From the human T2T-CHM13v2.0 reference genome, Homo sapiens: 64,000 nt of DNA. The stretch is from NCBI RefSeq assembly GCF_009914755.1, contig NC_060942.1; one strand, 5' to 3'. Positions 27,111 to 38,973 of the stretch are shown here, in pieces. Positions within the stretch are counted from its first letter, which is position 1. The number at the start of each line of letters is the position of its first letter. The translations under genes were made by a program, and so were the position numbers. The notes beneath the pieces are model-generated. The model searched no databases. It had not been told where the DNA came from and saw only the letters and a list, made by a program, of their open reading frames with translations.

Positions 27111-28187
27111 CTGTGAAGCTCGGGGGATGCCCAGAGCCACCAGCAGGCTGTAGTGAGGGTCCATGGGCCGGATCTGGGAGACTGCAGGGCTTGGCAGGCC
27201 GAGCGGAAGGGCGAGGGCCTTCCCCTGGAAACACTCCACCAGGTTCACGCGGAGCCTGGCGACTCCCCAGGGCAGCCGCGTGCTCTTCCCATGACATCAC
27301 ACTGCCTCAGAACTTTTGAGGCTGAGGATTCTTGGAATGCTGGATTCACCCTGGAACAAAAATAATACCTCGTATTCATAACGTGCTTTTGTTCCCCACA
27401 GGCTTTCCTGGGCTTCATTTCATTGTAGCCTCAGACTAGCCTTGTGATCCAGGCAGGAGTCCTGTAGGTGGGAGGCCACCCTAAGAACCTGAGTCGGGGT
27501 TGGTCTCCCCATTCTGCAGGTGGGAATACTGAGCCACGGGGAGTTGAGTGGTTGGCCAAAGCTGCACAGCAAACTGGTTCTGGGCAATGTGGGCCAAGAG
27601 CCCTGGATTTCCAGTGGGGTTGAGGGGAGGCCTCAGAAATGGGTCCGCAGTTGAGTGAAGCTCAGAACCCCATAGAGTATCCCCAAGAAAGCCTTTTTCC
27701 CTTGGCCTTCTGTGCTGCCGCAAGATGGAGGAAGGTGGCAGGAGTCTGCACGCTTTCCTCCCTTCCCCACGAGGCAGCAATGAAGCCAGAGGGGCCACCC
27801 GAAAAACAATCCCCGAGCCCTGCCCCACAGGCCCCAGCCACAGGAACCAGCAGACTGTGGTGGGAAAGGGCTGTTCCCAGCACAGATGGAAACCAAGGGC
27901 TGCAGTGGCTTCTGTGGTTTTCCCGAGACGCAGTGGAGCCAAGGCTGGCTGGCCGGATCTCCAACCCTCCCATCCAGAGCCCTCCCAGGCTCTCCCCTCA
28001 CCAGCCCCGGCCTCCCCATTCCCAGCGGGCCCTGGCTCAGCCCTCCGCCTTTGCTTCTGCACCACACGCTGCCATAGGACAGCCCACAGCTCCCTCCTTG
28101 CTGACTTTGGCTGAGGCCTGTGGTCCTCTGAATTTGGGTTTAGTGGCTCAGCAATGGTGTGCAAGCTGCCCTACACTCTCAGAACAC

Positions 28188-28395
28188 TCAGTGTGGTGGC
28201 TGAGGGCACACATTCGGGGCCAAACTATATAAGTTCAAACCCAGGCTCTGCTTGGTGCAAGTTGTGTGTCCTTGGGCAAGTTTCTTACCCTTTCTGTGCC
28301 TTGAAGACCTCTCTGGAAAATGGAGTGAACAATAGTTCCTCTCTTGGGGTTGAACGAAAGCCATGCCTGGCTTACTGTAACTGCTTCCTACATGC
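28188..28395 (+). mobile_element. MIR SINE
   Basis: cagtgtggtggctgagggcac...gttcaaacccaggctctgc...gtgtccttgggcaagtttcttacc. Confidence 0.75.
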
Positions 28396-29233
28396 TAGCT
28401 ATGAACCATTCTTCTGCATCCCTGTGATGTGAGTTTGAGTCCTGTGGCCTCAGGACCACCCTCAGAGTGTGTGAACTGCCCGAGTCCAGGGCCTGCGTTT
28501 GGTTTATGCTCCAATATGGCTGTCTTGACTTTCTCAATAGCTTTTGAACCAGGGGCCCACATTTTCATCTTGCACTGGGTTCCGCTCATTATGTGGCCAG
28601 TCCTGCCTCCAGGCCAGAGTAGAACATAGGCCTGTGCTGCTCTCTGCTTCCTTTCCTTCGTGATTCTTGTCCTGGGATAAAGCTAGAGACCTGTTTCTGT
28701 AACTAATAGATTCACATCTGTCTCTCCAAATGGACCCTCAGCTTCATGAAGGCAGCAGCCCTGTGCGCTGGAGTCATCGCTACCTCCCCTCCCCAGACCA
28801 CAAGGAAGATAGAGAGAAGGTTCTGCCTCATCTGAAGGAAGTGGATGCTTTGGGAGCAGTTCAGAGGCACACACAAGACACTCTGGTGGCAGAGACGTGG
28901 GTGTGATGTAGGGCATTCCAGACTGTAATCATATCAGGAGTCTGGAGGGCTCGGGCAGGACCCTGGGAGCTGGGGAAGGCTCCTGCTCAGGTCTGGACCT
29001 TAAGACCTGGATAGGATTAGGGGAGTGCTGAAGGACTCTGTAGGGACAGCTGAACAGCTTTGTCACACAAACACCCTGCCTCCACCCCAACTTCTCTCAG
29101 AGGGCTGCAGGAGCTATGTGGCCTCAGGCAAACCCACTGACATCTCTGATTAACCTCTGGGCAGAACAGAGTCTCAGCATGTGTTTAATTAATGAAACAA
29201 TAATGAACCAGCCTTTCTCTGCATCATTTATTA

Positions 29234-29268
29234 TTCATTCATTCATTCATTCATTCATTCATTCATTC
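29234..29268. repeat. (TTCA)n tetranucleotide microsatellite
   Basis: ttcattcattcattcattcattcattcattcattc. Confidence 0.92.
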
Positions 29269-32200
29269 TACAGTTAGTGAGAAAAGTCTTTGCCTGTAGG
29301 GTGCAGAGGTACCAATCAGACCTTTCATCTATTCCAGAGCATCGTTTGGCGAGGTAAACATCTGATTTCTAAAGCTTTTAGTCCATGCAGTGAGCTACCA
29401 CACTTCTTACATGAACTTTTGCCTAGGCTGGCAAAGACCTCAATCTTGAATTGTTTTCTACCCAACTCTGAGCAAAGAGAGCCACAAAATCTATTGGAGT
29501 GGGAGAGTCTGCAGCTTGGCTGGCCGCCCACGGTGGCAGGAGTGTTTCTGATGCATGCTGGCCCTCTCCTCTCAGCGTTGTTAGGAGGGAGTGCTCAGGA
29601 AGTAGCTGGCCCAGTGCTGCTGTTGCCGCCATCATGATAATGATGGCTCTGGCAATTACAGGGCCCGTGTGTTGCCTAAGCTTTGTAGCGATGCCCCCAG
29701 TTCTCCAAAGAGCACTGAGATCTCCAATAAGTAATTGTTAAATCCAGTCATATGGCGTGTTACAGCAAAAACACAAATCTGAGTTCCAGTGAGGGCTTTG
29801 CCACTAACTAGCGGGGCGACCCTAGAAGGACAAAGCAACCTCTCTGGACCTTGGTTTTCTCATCCGTCATGCTGTGACTCATGTAATCCTTACAACTGCC
29901 CCTCAGGTGGGGACTGGCACATCTGGAAACAGAGACACAGAGAGGTGAGATCACCCAGCCCATGCAACTGTGAGTGGCACAGTGCCAGGCTCTGTGCAGG
30001 CTGCCATACCCCAGACAGACCTGGCAAGGAGTGTCCTGCGGGGGACACCCATCATCCGAATCAGCCCTGCGCGCACCATGGGTGCTCCGTTAGTATAGGT
30101 CACTGTGATCCTTGTCTCTGAGTGTTCATCAGCCAATACCATGATGTCCCTTGGTTGACTCCCTCATGAGGGAAGAAAACCTCCCCTCCCTTATACTTTT
30201 CCTTTTTAAGCTTCCCCATCATTCTGCAAACTGGGGTGGGTGTGTGTGGCGACTTTTGTTCCTGGGTCCTATATGCCATCGCTCGACTAAGCAGCCCCTG
30301 AGCTGCAGAGAAATTGCTGGTGCCTGTGCCTCCGAGCCTCACCGCAACCCTTGCGTTGTCCCAGGTGACTGGGCCAGGGCAGGCAGAGCTCACTCAGGGC
30401 ATGTGTAGGTGGGCAGGAGTGGAGGTGCCTACGCTGGTAATAAGCAGTCATCACTTTTCCTGAAGGCAAGAAATATGAGCCCATGCATAGTTTTAAAACC
30501 ACTTGCCCTAGGAATTTTGCTTTCAGAAATTTTTAAGCAGACCTACAAATTATGTGGTAAAATGTCCGACATGGAGAGAACCATAATAAGTCAGTGGCAC
30601 TCAGAATATCTAGTTGGGAACGATTATGAAATAAAAAACGAACAGAGGGACATTTGTCTCCATTTGGACTGCTGTTAAAACCATTTTTTTAAACAAAATT
30701 TGAAGTTATTCTCCCTACACCCACCTCCCAAAATGCAGCTGTGGTGTTCCGAGAACATTTTTGTCTTTTTGTATAAAAGAGAGCAGTCTTAGAGTAAAAC
30801 AAGACATCTGATTTCAGAACCCAAAGAATAAAGAATAAACTAAATGAACGATGGAAAAAGCATAAACCGACAATTTCCATTCTCCAAAAAAAAAAAGCAT
30901 TATTTTCCTAACAGCAGGTGTTGCCAGTAGCACAAATGGAATATTAATCTTATCTCCTGTGCTGTTCTTCCTCACCCGAAGAAGACTTCCCCAGAAATAA
31001 AGAGGCAGAGAGTTGGGTTTTTGCCCTTCTTACTTGCAGGGCTGCAAAACTGGGTGTCCAGTATGTTTCCCAACCCAGGACCCACATGTCCATGTGTCTG
31101 AGACCAAGTGCAGCCTCCTTGCCGGGTTGCTGGGAGCAAAAGCGGCTCATCCCTGGCCCAGCCAAACCCCAAACCCGCAGGTTTCGTGGGGAGCAGCCAG
31201 CTGGCCCCTGAATGAAGGTATCGACGAAACCCAGCGCCAGCAAATACAGAAGAGAGAGGAGCTGGTTTTGGCTGGCCCAGCCAACGACCGCTGACAAATA
31301 TTTGTGAATGGCCAGAGCAGGGAAGCCTAGGTCTCCATTGCTGGGGAACGAGGCCTAACTCCAAGTCTGTTCCAGTGCCCTTAGCAGCCCTCTTGGCTCC
31401 TTCTCAGGCAAAGAATTTGGACCTCATGCAGTTATCACCACCGAGGTCTCAGTGGCCATTCAGCCCTTTGTCTCCATTACTACAGGTCACTGCGGTCCTT
31501 GTCCCTGAGTGTTCATCAGCCAAGGAGGCTGTGTCTAAAGGCGAATGGGAGACAGATGGGAGGTGGCTGCAAGGTGCTGTGATTAGTTGACAGGCTTAGC
31601 TCACTCCTGGAGCCCCTGGCAGGCCCTCTGCTGTAGGAGTGCACCTCACGGAGCCTCGGTTGTCTTATCTGTCGAATGGAAAGAAAGGTTCTTGGCCTGC
31701 CTGCACACAGAGGCCAGTCCCAGCAATCACTCACCCTGAGAACTAAGCAAGGCCTTGTGCAGGAAGAAGGAAAAGGGAGGACAGAGGGACAGTCTTAGTG
31801 CCTCTTCCTCCAGTGGCATCTGGGTTCTTCCCTGCCCTCCCAGGGCTCACCCAGCTGATTCCATCTGCCATTTAGCTCCATATCAAGACCTCCTTATTTT
31901 GAACCTGTTAGTCTTTCCTACCCAATTAGGAGGGAACACTTGAGGTGGACTCCCTGGCTTCCCTCCCACCTACGGATGGCTTTCCACATGTGCAAAGGAG
32001 CCGCCGCCCAGCAAGGGTGAGCCTGAGAACGCCCACTAATGCCAAGTGGCCTGGGGCATTCTTGGCCATTGCCATATTGTCAGGGCTGGCTGGCTCCAAG
32101 CTCTTTCGAACCAGGAAGACATGGAATTCCAGGTCCCTCCAGATTTCCAGGAATGAACAGCAGAAGCCCTGCAGGAGCCAGCTGATTTCTTTCTGGAGCC

Positions 32201-33119
32201 CCTGACCACTAGCCATATAGCAATTACTTCCTTCCCCCTCCAGGTAGATAGAAGTTGTTTTCTTTTCTGGGGGTGGAGGAGTGCACTGGGTAGAGAGAGG
32301 GAAATCCCTGTATGGCAAGTGGGAAACCAGGCAGTTTCAAGACGGATGTTGGGAAGGGCTTGGTCAACCATCCTTTGGGGACATTTCTTGGGCCATAGCT
32401 GCAGGCGCCACAAAAATTCTAAATAAGGATGACGAAAGTTGTGAGAATCAATTATTATCTGCCAGGGAATTTCCAAGGTTCCTCTCTGGGCTTAAAAATA
32501 ACTCACATTGTAAGAACAAAGAGAATGGAAGGAGCAATTAGTTGAAAGTAACTGAGAAGTTAAAGGAGGGAGAATTCACAAAAAGTCACAGGCACGAGGC
32601 ACCCTGGAGAGTGGTCTGTGGGCCACAGTTTCTTCTGGGCTTTCCAATGGGGGTTGCCTTACACTCTGCAGAATGAGGGCTGCAGCCCTCCCCGCTGACT
32701 CAGGCATTTGGGGCTGGGCTGGGCTGGGTAGTCGGAAGGCCAGTTGGTGGTAGAATCACTGGGAGGAACCTGACTCAAGGGCCCCACTTTTCTCATGGGG
32801 CCCAACTCTTCTCCAGGTGCTGGTGCTGATAGCTCCTACCTGCCATGGGGAGTGAAACTGAATATTTCAGCAATGCCAGTGAGGAGGGGGGTGTGTTTGG
32901 GAATGGAGGGGCTGCCTCTCCCACCCAAGTGTCAAGGCAACAGTGCTTTTGCCCAGGAATGTATATCAGAAACCAACAAGATTGAACTTGGACACCAAGG
33001 ATGAAAAATGCCACACAGGCCTCCTGAGAAGGGCCCAGGGTATGCCTAGTCAGCAGGATTCAGTTCAGGGTACCAGATTTTTACAGATATTTTAATAATG
33101 ACTCTTAAATTATTGAAAT

Positions 33120-33560
33120 AAATATAGACAACCCCAAACCTTGGACACTGTATATAAAAAGAAACCTAAGAAGACTCTGAAAGGTAGAAAGAAGACAGAC
33201 AGGCCAGGGACCTTGGGAACTGAAGAATGACACACTGGTGAGTTCCTGGGGTTTTCCTCTTGGCTCAGATATCCCAGACTTGGAGCTAAAGAAACTGGAG
33301 ACCCAGAAACACCATGAGGCCTGAGCAGACAAACGGAGCCCCAACAAAAGTCCACTCTTTCTAGCCAGAGGACCAGGGAAGGGGCAGCCTAGCAAGACAG
33401 AAAACTCGAGACAGTAGCTACTTTCCTCCAGCCAAACACCTCTGCAGGAACTGTAGCCACACCCCCACCCACCACTCCAGCGGAGGCCCAATGAGGGGCC
33501 TAGACAGTGACAAGGTACCCAGCACCCCAACAGGGTGGTGTCAAAGGGACTGTCATCCCC
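33120..33560 (+). mobile_element. Old L1M 5'-end-type fragment
   Basis: aagaagactctgaaaggtagaaagaag...gggaccttgggaactgaagaatgacac.ctggtgagttcctggggttttc...ccagacttggagct resembles L1M 5' UTR sequence from memory. Confidence 0.55.
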
Positions 33561-34192
33561 ATTGGGGATAATGAGCTACTAAGCTTTTCAATGGAGGCTT
33601 TTCAGTGAAAAAAAAAATTTTATTCATTTTAGTGGAAAAAAATAATGCATTTAACCCCAACCCAGGATACCCTCAATTTTTCACAGATAAAAATGTATCA
33701 AGTAAATATTAAAATTGAATTTATATAAGTAATAAGCAATAAGTTGTAAGTAAATAAATACAATTTGTTCATAACATGCAATGCAATGAAGGTCTGTGGT
33801 ACCCAAGATAGGTCACGGAGGAGGTGCAGCGCTTATTCTTTAGAAGCTAACATTATCTTTCTGCAAAATCTTTCCACTATTTTACAACCTTTGCGGAATT
33901 CATGCTTATCTTGTGCTCCAACTGCACTTCCAGTAAAGTTGTGGCATGGAAAACACCCTGAGGGTAAAATGGAGTTTGAACATAGTAGTGCTTTCAGTGG
34001 CAGGAAGCAGCCTTTGAGCCAGCCAGAAGGGTCATGAGAATGTCCCTCACCACCCCTTCACTTGCCTTTTGGCCACAACTCAAAAGTTTGGGGTTTGTTC
34101 CTGCTGCACAACTCACACCTGTTCCCTGTGCTTAGAAAGTGTTGTCAGATGAGCCTGTCTTGACCTACACCCATCATGTTAAATATTCCTTC

Positions 34193-34622
34193 TGTATCTG
34201 TTTGCTAGGTTGCTGTAACAGAGTACCACTGACTGGGCTGCATAAACAAGAGGCATTTTATTTTCTGACACTTCTGGAGGCTGGAAGTCCAAGATGAAGG
34301 TGTCGGTGGGGTTGGTTTCTTCTGAGGCCTGTCTCCTTGGTTTGCAGATGGTCACCTTCTTGCTGTGTCTCCATGTGGTCTTTCTTCTGGGCATGCAGCC
34401 TCCCTGGTGTCTCTGTGTGTCAAAGGTTCCTCTTGTTATAAGGCCATTAGTCAGTTCAGATTAGGGCCCATCCTAACAGCCTCGTTTAATTTAATCACCT
34501 CTTTAAAGGTGATCCATCATGTCTTATCTCCAAATACAGTCACATTCTGAAGTATTGGGGGTTAAGGCTTCAACATATGAAGTTTTGCGGGGTGGATGGG
34601 GGACACAATTTAGCCCATGAAA
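34193..34622 (-). mobile_element. MLT1A-type MaLR solo LTR
   Basis: tgtatctgtttgctaggttgctgtaacagagtaccac...ttctggaggctggaagtccaagatgaaggtgtc...ctccaaatacagtcacattctgaag...ttcaacatatga...gggacacaatttagccca. Confidence 0.88.
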
Positions 34623-35004
34623 ACTTGTTATAGCATATGTAGTTTGTGGGTTTGGGGGTGAAAATGACAATGTTCCAAAAAAAAAAAAGTTGTTTGAAAG
34701 GGATATAACTTTTCAAAAAACATTATGGTGAACAGTCATTCATAGGAAGGTGCTTGTAAGAAGCAGGTCTGCGTATGCATCTTTGCTGGTACATGCATAG
34801 AATATGTCTGGAAGATTCACACACATGGAACGGCTGCTTCCAAAGGCCATATGTGATGACAGAGTCAGAGGCAGGAGGGTTCACTGTTATCTGCTACTGG
34901 ATCTTTTTAATTTTGTTCCACATGCTTGCATTCACACATATTCTAGTAAGCGAATAAAGTACTGATTTTAAGGAAAGAATTGGCTTTGGTCCTCTGCAGT
35001 AGCA

Positions 35005-35100
35005 AGGACCGGTCTGCCTGTTCTCGGCTGTATCCCCAGGGGCTGTCACAGACTCTGGCACGTAGAAGGTGCTCAGGAAGTGTTTGTTGGAAGAATGAAT
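35005..35100 (+). mobile_element. L2 3' end fragment about 100 nt upstream of the CTIF acceptor
   Basis: gctgtatccccag...ctggcacgtagaaggtgctcaggaagtgtttgttggaagaatgaat. Confidence 0.7.
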
Positions 35101-35202
35101 ATATGGACAAGGCAATGACTTCCTGTTCTGGCGGCTGGGCACAGGGACTCTGACCAGCCCGCCCAGTGATCGCCTTCTCTGTCTTTCCTCTTCCGTTTGC
35201 AG

Positions 35203-35689
35203 GCGGCAGCAGAGACCTCCGGGGGGCAACAAGCCCCAACAGCATGGTGACCACCAGCCAGGCAGTGCCAAACACAACAGGGACCACCAGAAATCCTACC
35301 AGGGGGGCTCAGCACCCCACCCCTCAGGGAGGCCCACTCACCATGGCTACAGCCAGAACCGGCGCTGGCACCATGGCAACATGAAGCACCCACCAGGCGA
35401 CAAGGGGGAGGCAGGCGCACACCGCAATGCCAAAGAGACCATGACCATCGAGAACCCAAAACTGGAGGACACTGCAGGGGACACCGGGCACAGCAGCCTC
35501 GAGGCCCCCCGCAGCCCTGACACCCTGGCCCCGGTGGCTTCTGAGCGGCTGCCCCCACAGCAGTCAGGGGGGCCAGAGGTTGAGACAAAACGTAAAGACA
35601 GTATTCTTCCCGAGCGCATCGGGGAGCGGCCCAAAATTACCCTGCTCCAGTCTTCCAAAGACAGACTGCGGCGAAGGCTAAAGGAAAAG
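35203..35689 (+). CDS. CTIF: CTIF internal coding exon (487 nt; probably exon 8), low-complexity region N-terminal to the MIF4G domain
   Basis: Pyrimidine tract plus acceptor (ttctctgtctttcctcttccgtttgcAG, AG at 35201-35202). The frame reads (R)RQQRPPGGNKPQQHGDHQPGSAKHNRDHQKSYQGG...MKHPPGDKGEAGAHRNAKETMTIENPKLED...DRLRRRLKEK, matching human CTIF as I recall it. Donor AAG|gtaccg at 35690. Confidence 0.96.
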
Positions 35690-36799
35690 GTACCGGTAAT
35701 TGAATTTTTGTTCTTCTCTTGCACCAGGGAGGACAGCAAGAGGTAGGCACTTCGGTAGGTGGGCACAGTGCAGAGCCTTGTGGGTTTGAGGGTCTAGGGA
35801 GCCATGTACAGGGAAGCAGGGGCTTCGGTCACTGTGGGGACCAACCACACTGGTCCACCACTGCCAGCAGGTAGGGCCATCATGAACCCCTCCAGCACAC
35901 TTGGGCTTTTCACCTTCCAAACTCCAAGAGGCCCAGGGTGGGCACTTGGAACCAGCCCCCAGCCCAAGGGAGTAGGGGGAAGAGATGCATGCCTGGGAGT
36001 GATGGGGGAGGTGCAGGGAGCATATTCTAGGGTTAGATATTGTTTGTGCTGAAGAGCGCTTGGGGAAACATGGAGCTTATGAAATAAGAACTGAAGCTTT
36101 TCTACAGGTGAGTACCATCCAGGCAGTGGTCTCTGCCAGAATGGGGAGCAGAGGTGAGTTGTTCAGAGTGGGGGCAGGCTGATTCCAGCCTTCCTGTTTC
36201 CCGCCTTCATCACCCAGAGGCCAGGGAGTGCTCTACAGTGCACACCGTAAGGTGGCTCCATTCTCAGCATCACGCAGGTGCCTACCTGTGCCAGCATGAA
36301 CCCGAGAGTGAGGCCTCCTTACTTTTGCTCCCAGGAGGCTCTTTCTGCACCCTGGTCCTGGCCTGGCCTGTAGCTTCAGGAGATGACCCTAAACCTCCAG
36401 AAGAGGGATGGGGATTTGTACTTGCAGCAGTAAGTCCATTGTGCTCACCCCAGTGCCACCACCCCCGACCCCACTGCCCAGCAGGGGCACAGGAAAGGTC
36501 ACCCTGGAGAGGAACTGTCCCAAGAAAGGCCAACTTGCCCACAGCCATTCCCACACAGCAGCAGGGCCTACAGAGGCTTCCTCCTGGGGCTTCCGCAGAG
36601 CTCCATGTTCTGGGCTTCTCCTCCATCCTCCCCTACTGCCGACTCTCCTCAAGCTCTTGCCCCAGAGGCCAGGCCCAGGGTCCACACTCAGGCAGGATAA
36701 GGCAGGTCAGACCTCTTCTTGGATCCACTCTTGAAGATGAGATGCTGCTCCCAGTATCCTCTCCACCGAGTCCTCTAGAGTTCTGCTAAATGTAACTGC

Positions 36800-36995
36800 A
36801 GGGCAGCAGAGTGGAAACAGCACGGGCTTTAGAGCGCAGCTGAGCAGGCTCAGACCTCACTTTGCCTTTGACTGGATGGGTGGTCTTGGGCAAGTCACCT
36901 AATCTCCCTGAGCCCCAGTTACTCATCTGTAAAATGGGTGTTAATACTACACACCTTGCTGAGAGACTGTGAAGGTTAAATGAAATAACGTGTAC
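36800..36995 (+). mobile_element. MIR SINE
   Basis: gtggtcttgggcaagtcacctaatctccctgagccccagttactcatctgtaaaatgggtgttaatac...gtgaaggttaaatgaaataacg. Confidence 0.85.
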
Positions 36996-37469
36996 AGATA
37001 TGTTCTTGTGGGTATTCCTATTCTATATGCAGACCACTGTTCCTGCCCTGGGGCCCAGATGGTCGGAAGAGAGGGGTACATGGGGGAATGGAACAGAGAA
37101 GGTAGATCTATAGCACCTATAGATCAGTTTCAAGGACTCCACTCAGGTGAGGCCTCCTGAACTCCTGGACCAAGAAGACATGGGCTCAGGCTCAGGCTGG
37201 GTCACTCCCCACTCTGCTAGTTGCTCACTCTAAAAAAGGGTAAATCCTAGGTGGCCAACCAGCCACATCCTAAACATTTTCATCAGGGAGAGCAACACTT
37301 TCCTTCTCTCTTTCAAGAGACAGGTAAAGCGTGAGATGTCTCTTGGGGTGGGGATTTGTGTCCTGTTAACTTTACCCAGGGACTCAGAGTAGCCTTCCCT
37401 GAAGAGGTGGTTGGGTTTGAGGAGAAGAACTAGGCCACCCTATTCCTTCACCCAGGATTCAGCCCTTTC

Positions 37470-37600
37470 TTTTTTTTTTTTTTTTTTTTGAGATGGAGTC
37501 TCGCTCTGTCACCCAGGCTGGAGTGCAGTGGCCCAATCTCGGCTCACTGCAAGCTCCGCCTCCCGGGTTCATGCCATTCTCCTGCCTCAGCCTCCTGAGT
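37470..37600 (-). mobile_element. 5'-truncated AluY-like fragment (right-arm 3' end only)
   Basis: T20 then gagatggagtctcgctctgtcacccaggctggagtgcagtgg...gcaagctccgcctcccgggttcatgccattctcctgcctcagcctcctgagt, followed by an abrupt switch to unrelated sequence. Confidence 0.92.
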
Positions 37601-37689
37601 GTTTGGTTCTCAAGCCAGAGACTAGCTGCCCTTGGAACTTGATCCCACCATGGAAGGGCTCAAGGAAAGCTATAGATTTTCTCGTCTAA

Positions 37690-37810
37690 CCTCACTGTGT
37701 TACCTATGAGGAAACTGAGGCCCAGAGAGTGAAATCACTTACCCAAAGCCACACAGCTAGAGGCAGAGAGTGGGATCTAGAGCCTTGGTCTGTGCCTTCT
37801 AGGCCAGAGC
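37690..37810 (-). mobile_element. MIR fragment
   Basis: atgaggaaactgaggcccagagagtgaaatcacttacccaaagccacacagctag. Confidence 0.8.
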
Positions 37811-38673
37811 TTCTATTGTCAGGGACAGAAGACCAAGCTTGGATCTCATTTCATGACCCTGACCCTGCCCTTCCAGCCAGATCTCACTTCCTTGCAGTTA
37901 AGTTGTTCCCATTCTTGGCCACCAAGAATGAGTCAATACAATAAGATGACATTTTTTTCTTCTTCAAGCCCCTGGTCTGGTCCTAGTTGCAGTGAAATCT
38001 CATAAGGCTGTAGGGCTTTTTACTTGTAATATCCCTCCTAGAAGCCCAACTGTTTTAGTGGCACATGGGAGGATTCCTTGGTGTGTGGCATATGTCTACA
38101 GAAGACCAGCACAGTCTCCACAGGACAAAAAGCCAGGGCTGTGCCCACAGGGGGCCCTATGCCCAGAGAACAAGTCATCATTGGGCATTTGGAGCTGAGG
38201 GTGTAGGGGACAAGGTGGCCACTGCCTGGGCCGCTTTTAACCACCACTGCAGGCATTTTGGATCTGACCTGCCTTCCTGACCAAGTCTTCCTACCCTCAT
38301 TTTCTCTTTGGCCCGATTTCATATTTGTTATCTTATTTCCTCTTTCATAATTTCCATTAAATCATTTCTAGATTAAGATATTTGATGGACAAATAAACAA
38401 AAAAAGCCAATGTATATGAGAATCCTGGGTAGGAGCTAGAACCCAAAAACAGTATCAGCCCTGGATGTCATAGGGGCCAAGAAAAAAGGCAACAAGGAGC
38501 TTTTGGCGCATGAGGGGTCTTTGGTGGAGGTTCCCAGAGGGACCAGCCCTCAGATCCAGGGAAGTAGGCCTGGTCCTGCTTTCTGGGGGTGGCCACCCTC
38601 TTTCCACCAGGCCACCCCTGCACAGAGACCTCGGCTTCACTCAGGCACATTCATTTGTCTCCGACACCCCCAG

Positions 38674-38973
38674 GATGAAGTGGCCGTGGAGACGACCACT
38701 CCCCAGCAGAACAAGATGGACAAGCTGATCGAGATCCTGAACAGCATGCGGAACAACAGCAGCGACGTGGACACCAAGCTCACCACCTTCATGGAGGAGG
38801 CCCAGAACTCCACCAACTCCGAGGAGATGCTGGGCGAGATCGTGCGCACAATCTACCAGAAGGCTGTGTCCGACCGCAGCTTCGCCTTCACCGCTGCCAA
38901 GCTCTGCGACAAGATGGCGCTCTTTATGGTGGAGGGGACCAAGTTCCGGAGCCTGCTCCTCAACATGCTGCAG
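38674..38973 (+). CDS. CTIF: CTIF internal coding exon (300 nt, phase 0-0; probably exon 9), N-terminal part of the MIF4G domain
   Basis: Acceptor ccccCAG at 38671-38673. Translation DEVAVETTTPQQNKMDKLIEILNSMRNNSSDVDTKLTTFMEEAQNSTNSEEMLGEIVRTIYQKAVSDRSFAFTAAKLCDKMALFMVEGTKFRSLLLNMLQ continues in frame from the previous exon (LKEK|DEV). Strong G/C third-position codon bias. Donor CAG|gtaact at 38974. Confidence 0.97.

Noticed and set aside
27481-28232. Cluster of overlapping 100-227-aa ORFs on both strands (similar clusters at 40073-40864 and 48474-49088)
   Set aside because: Expected by chance in GC-rich DNA. No codon bias, homology or exon signals recognised.
35207-35214. Downstream CAG/CAG as a NAGNAG-type alternative acceptor
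   Set aside because: These AGs lie 7 and 10 nt from the real acceptor and would be out of frame. No further support.
35381-35746. 121-aa ORF starting MKHPP as an independent protein
   Set aside because: The ATG is an internal Met of the CTIF exon that begins at 35203, and the C-terminal tail is intron.
37105-37125. Hairpin gatctatag-cac-ctatagatc as a structured ncRNA or terminator
   Set aside because: A 9-bp stem is too short for a pre-miRNA and is expected occasionally by chance in 64 kb.
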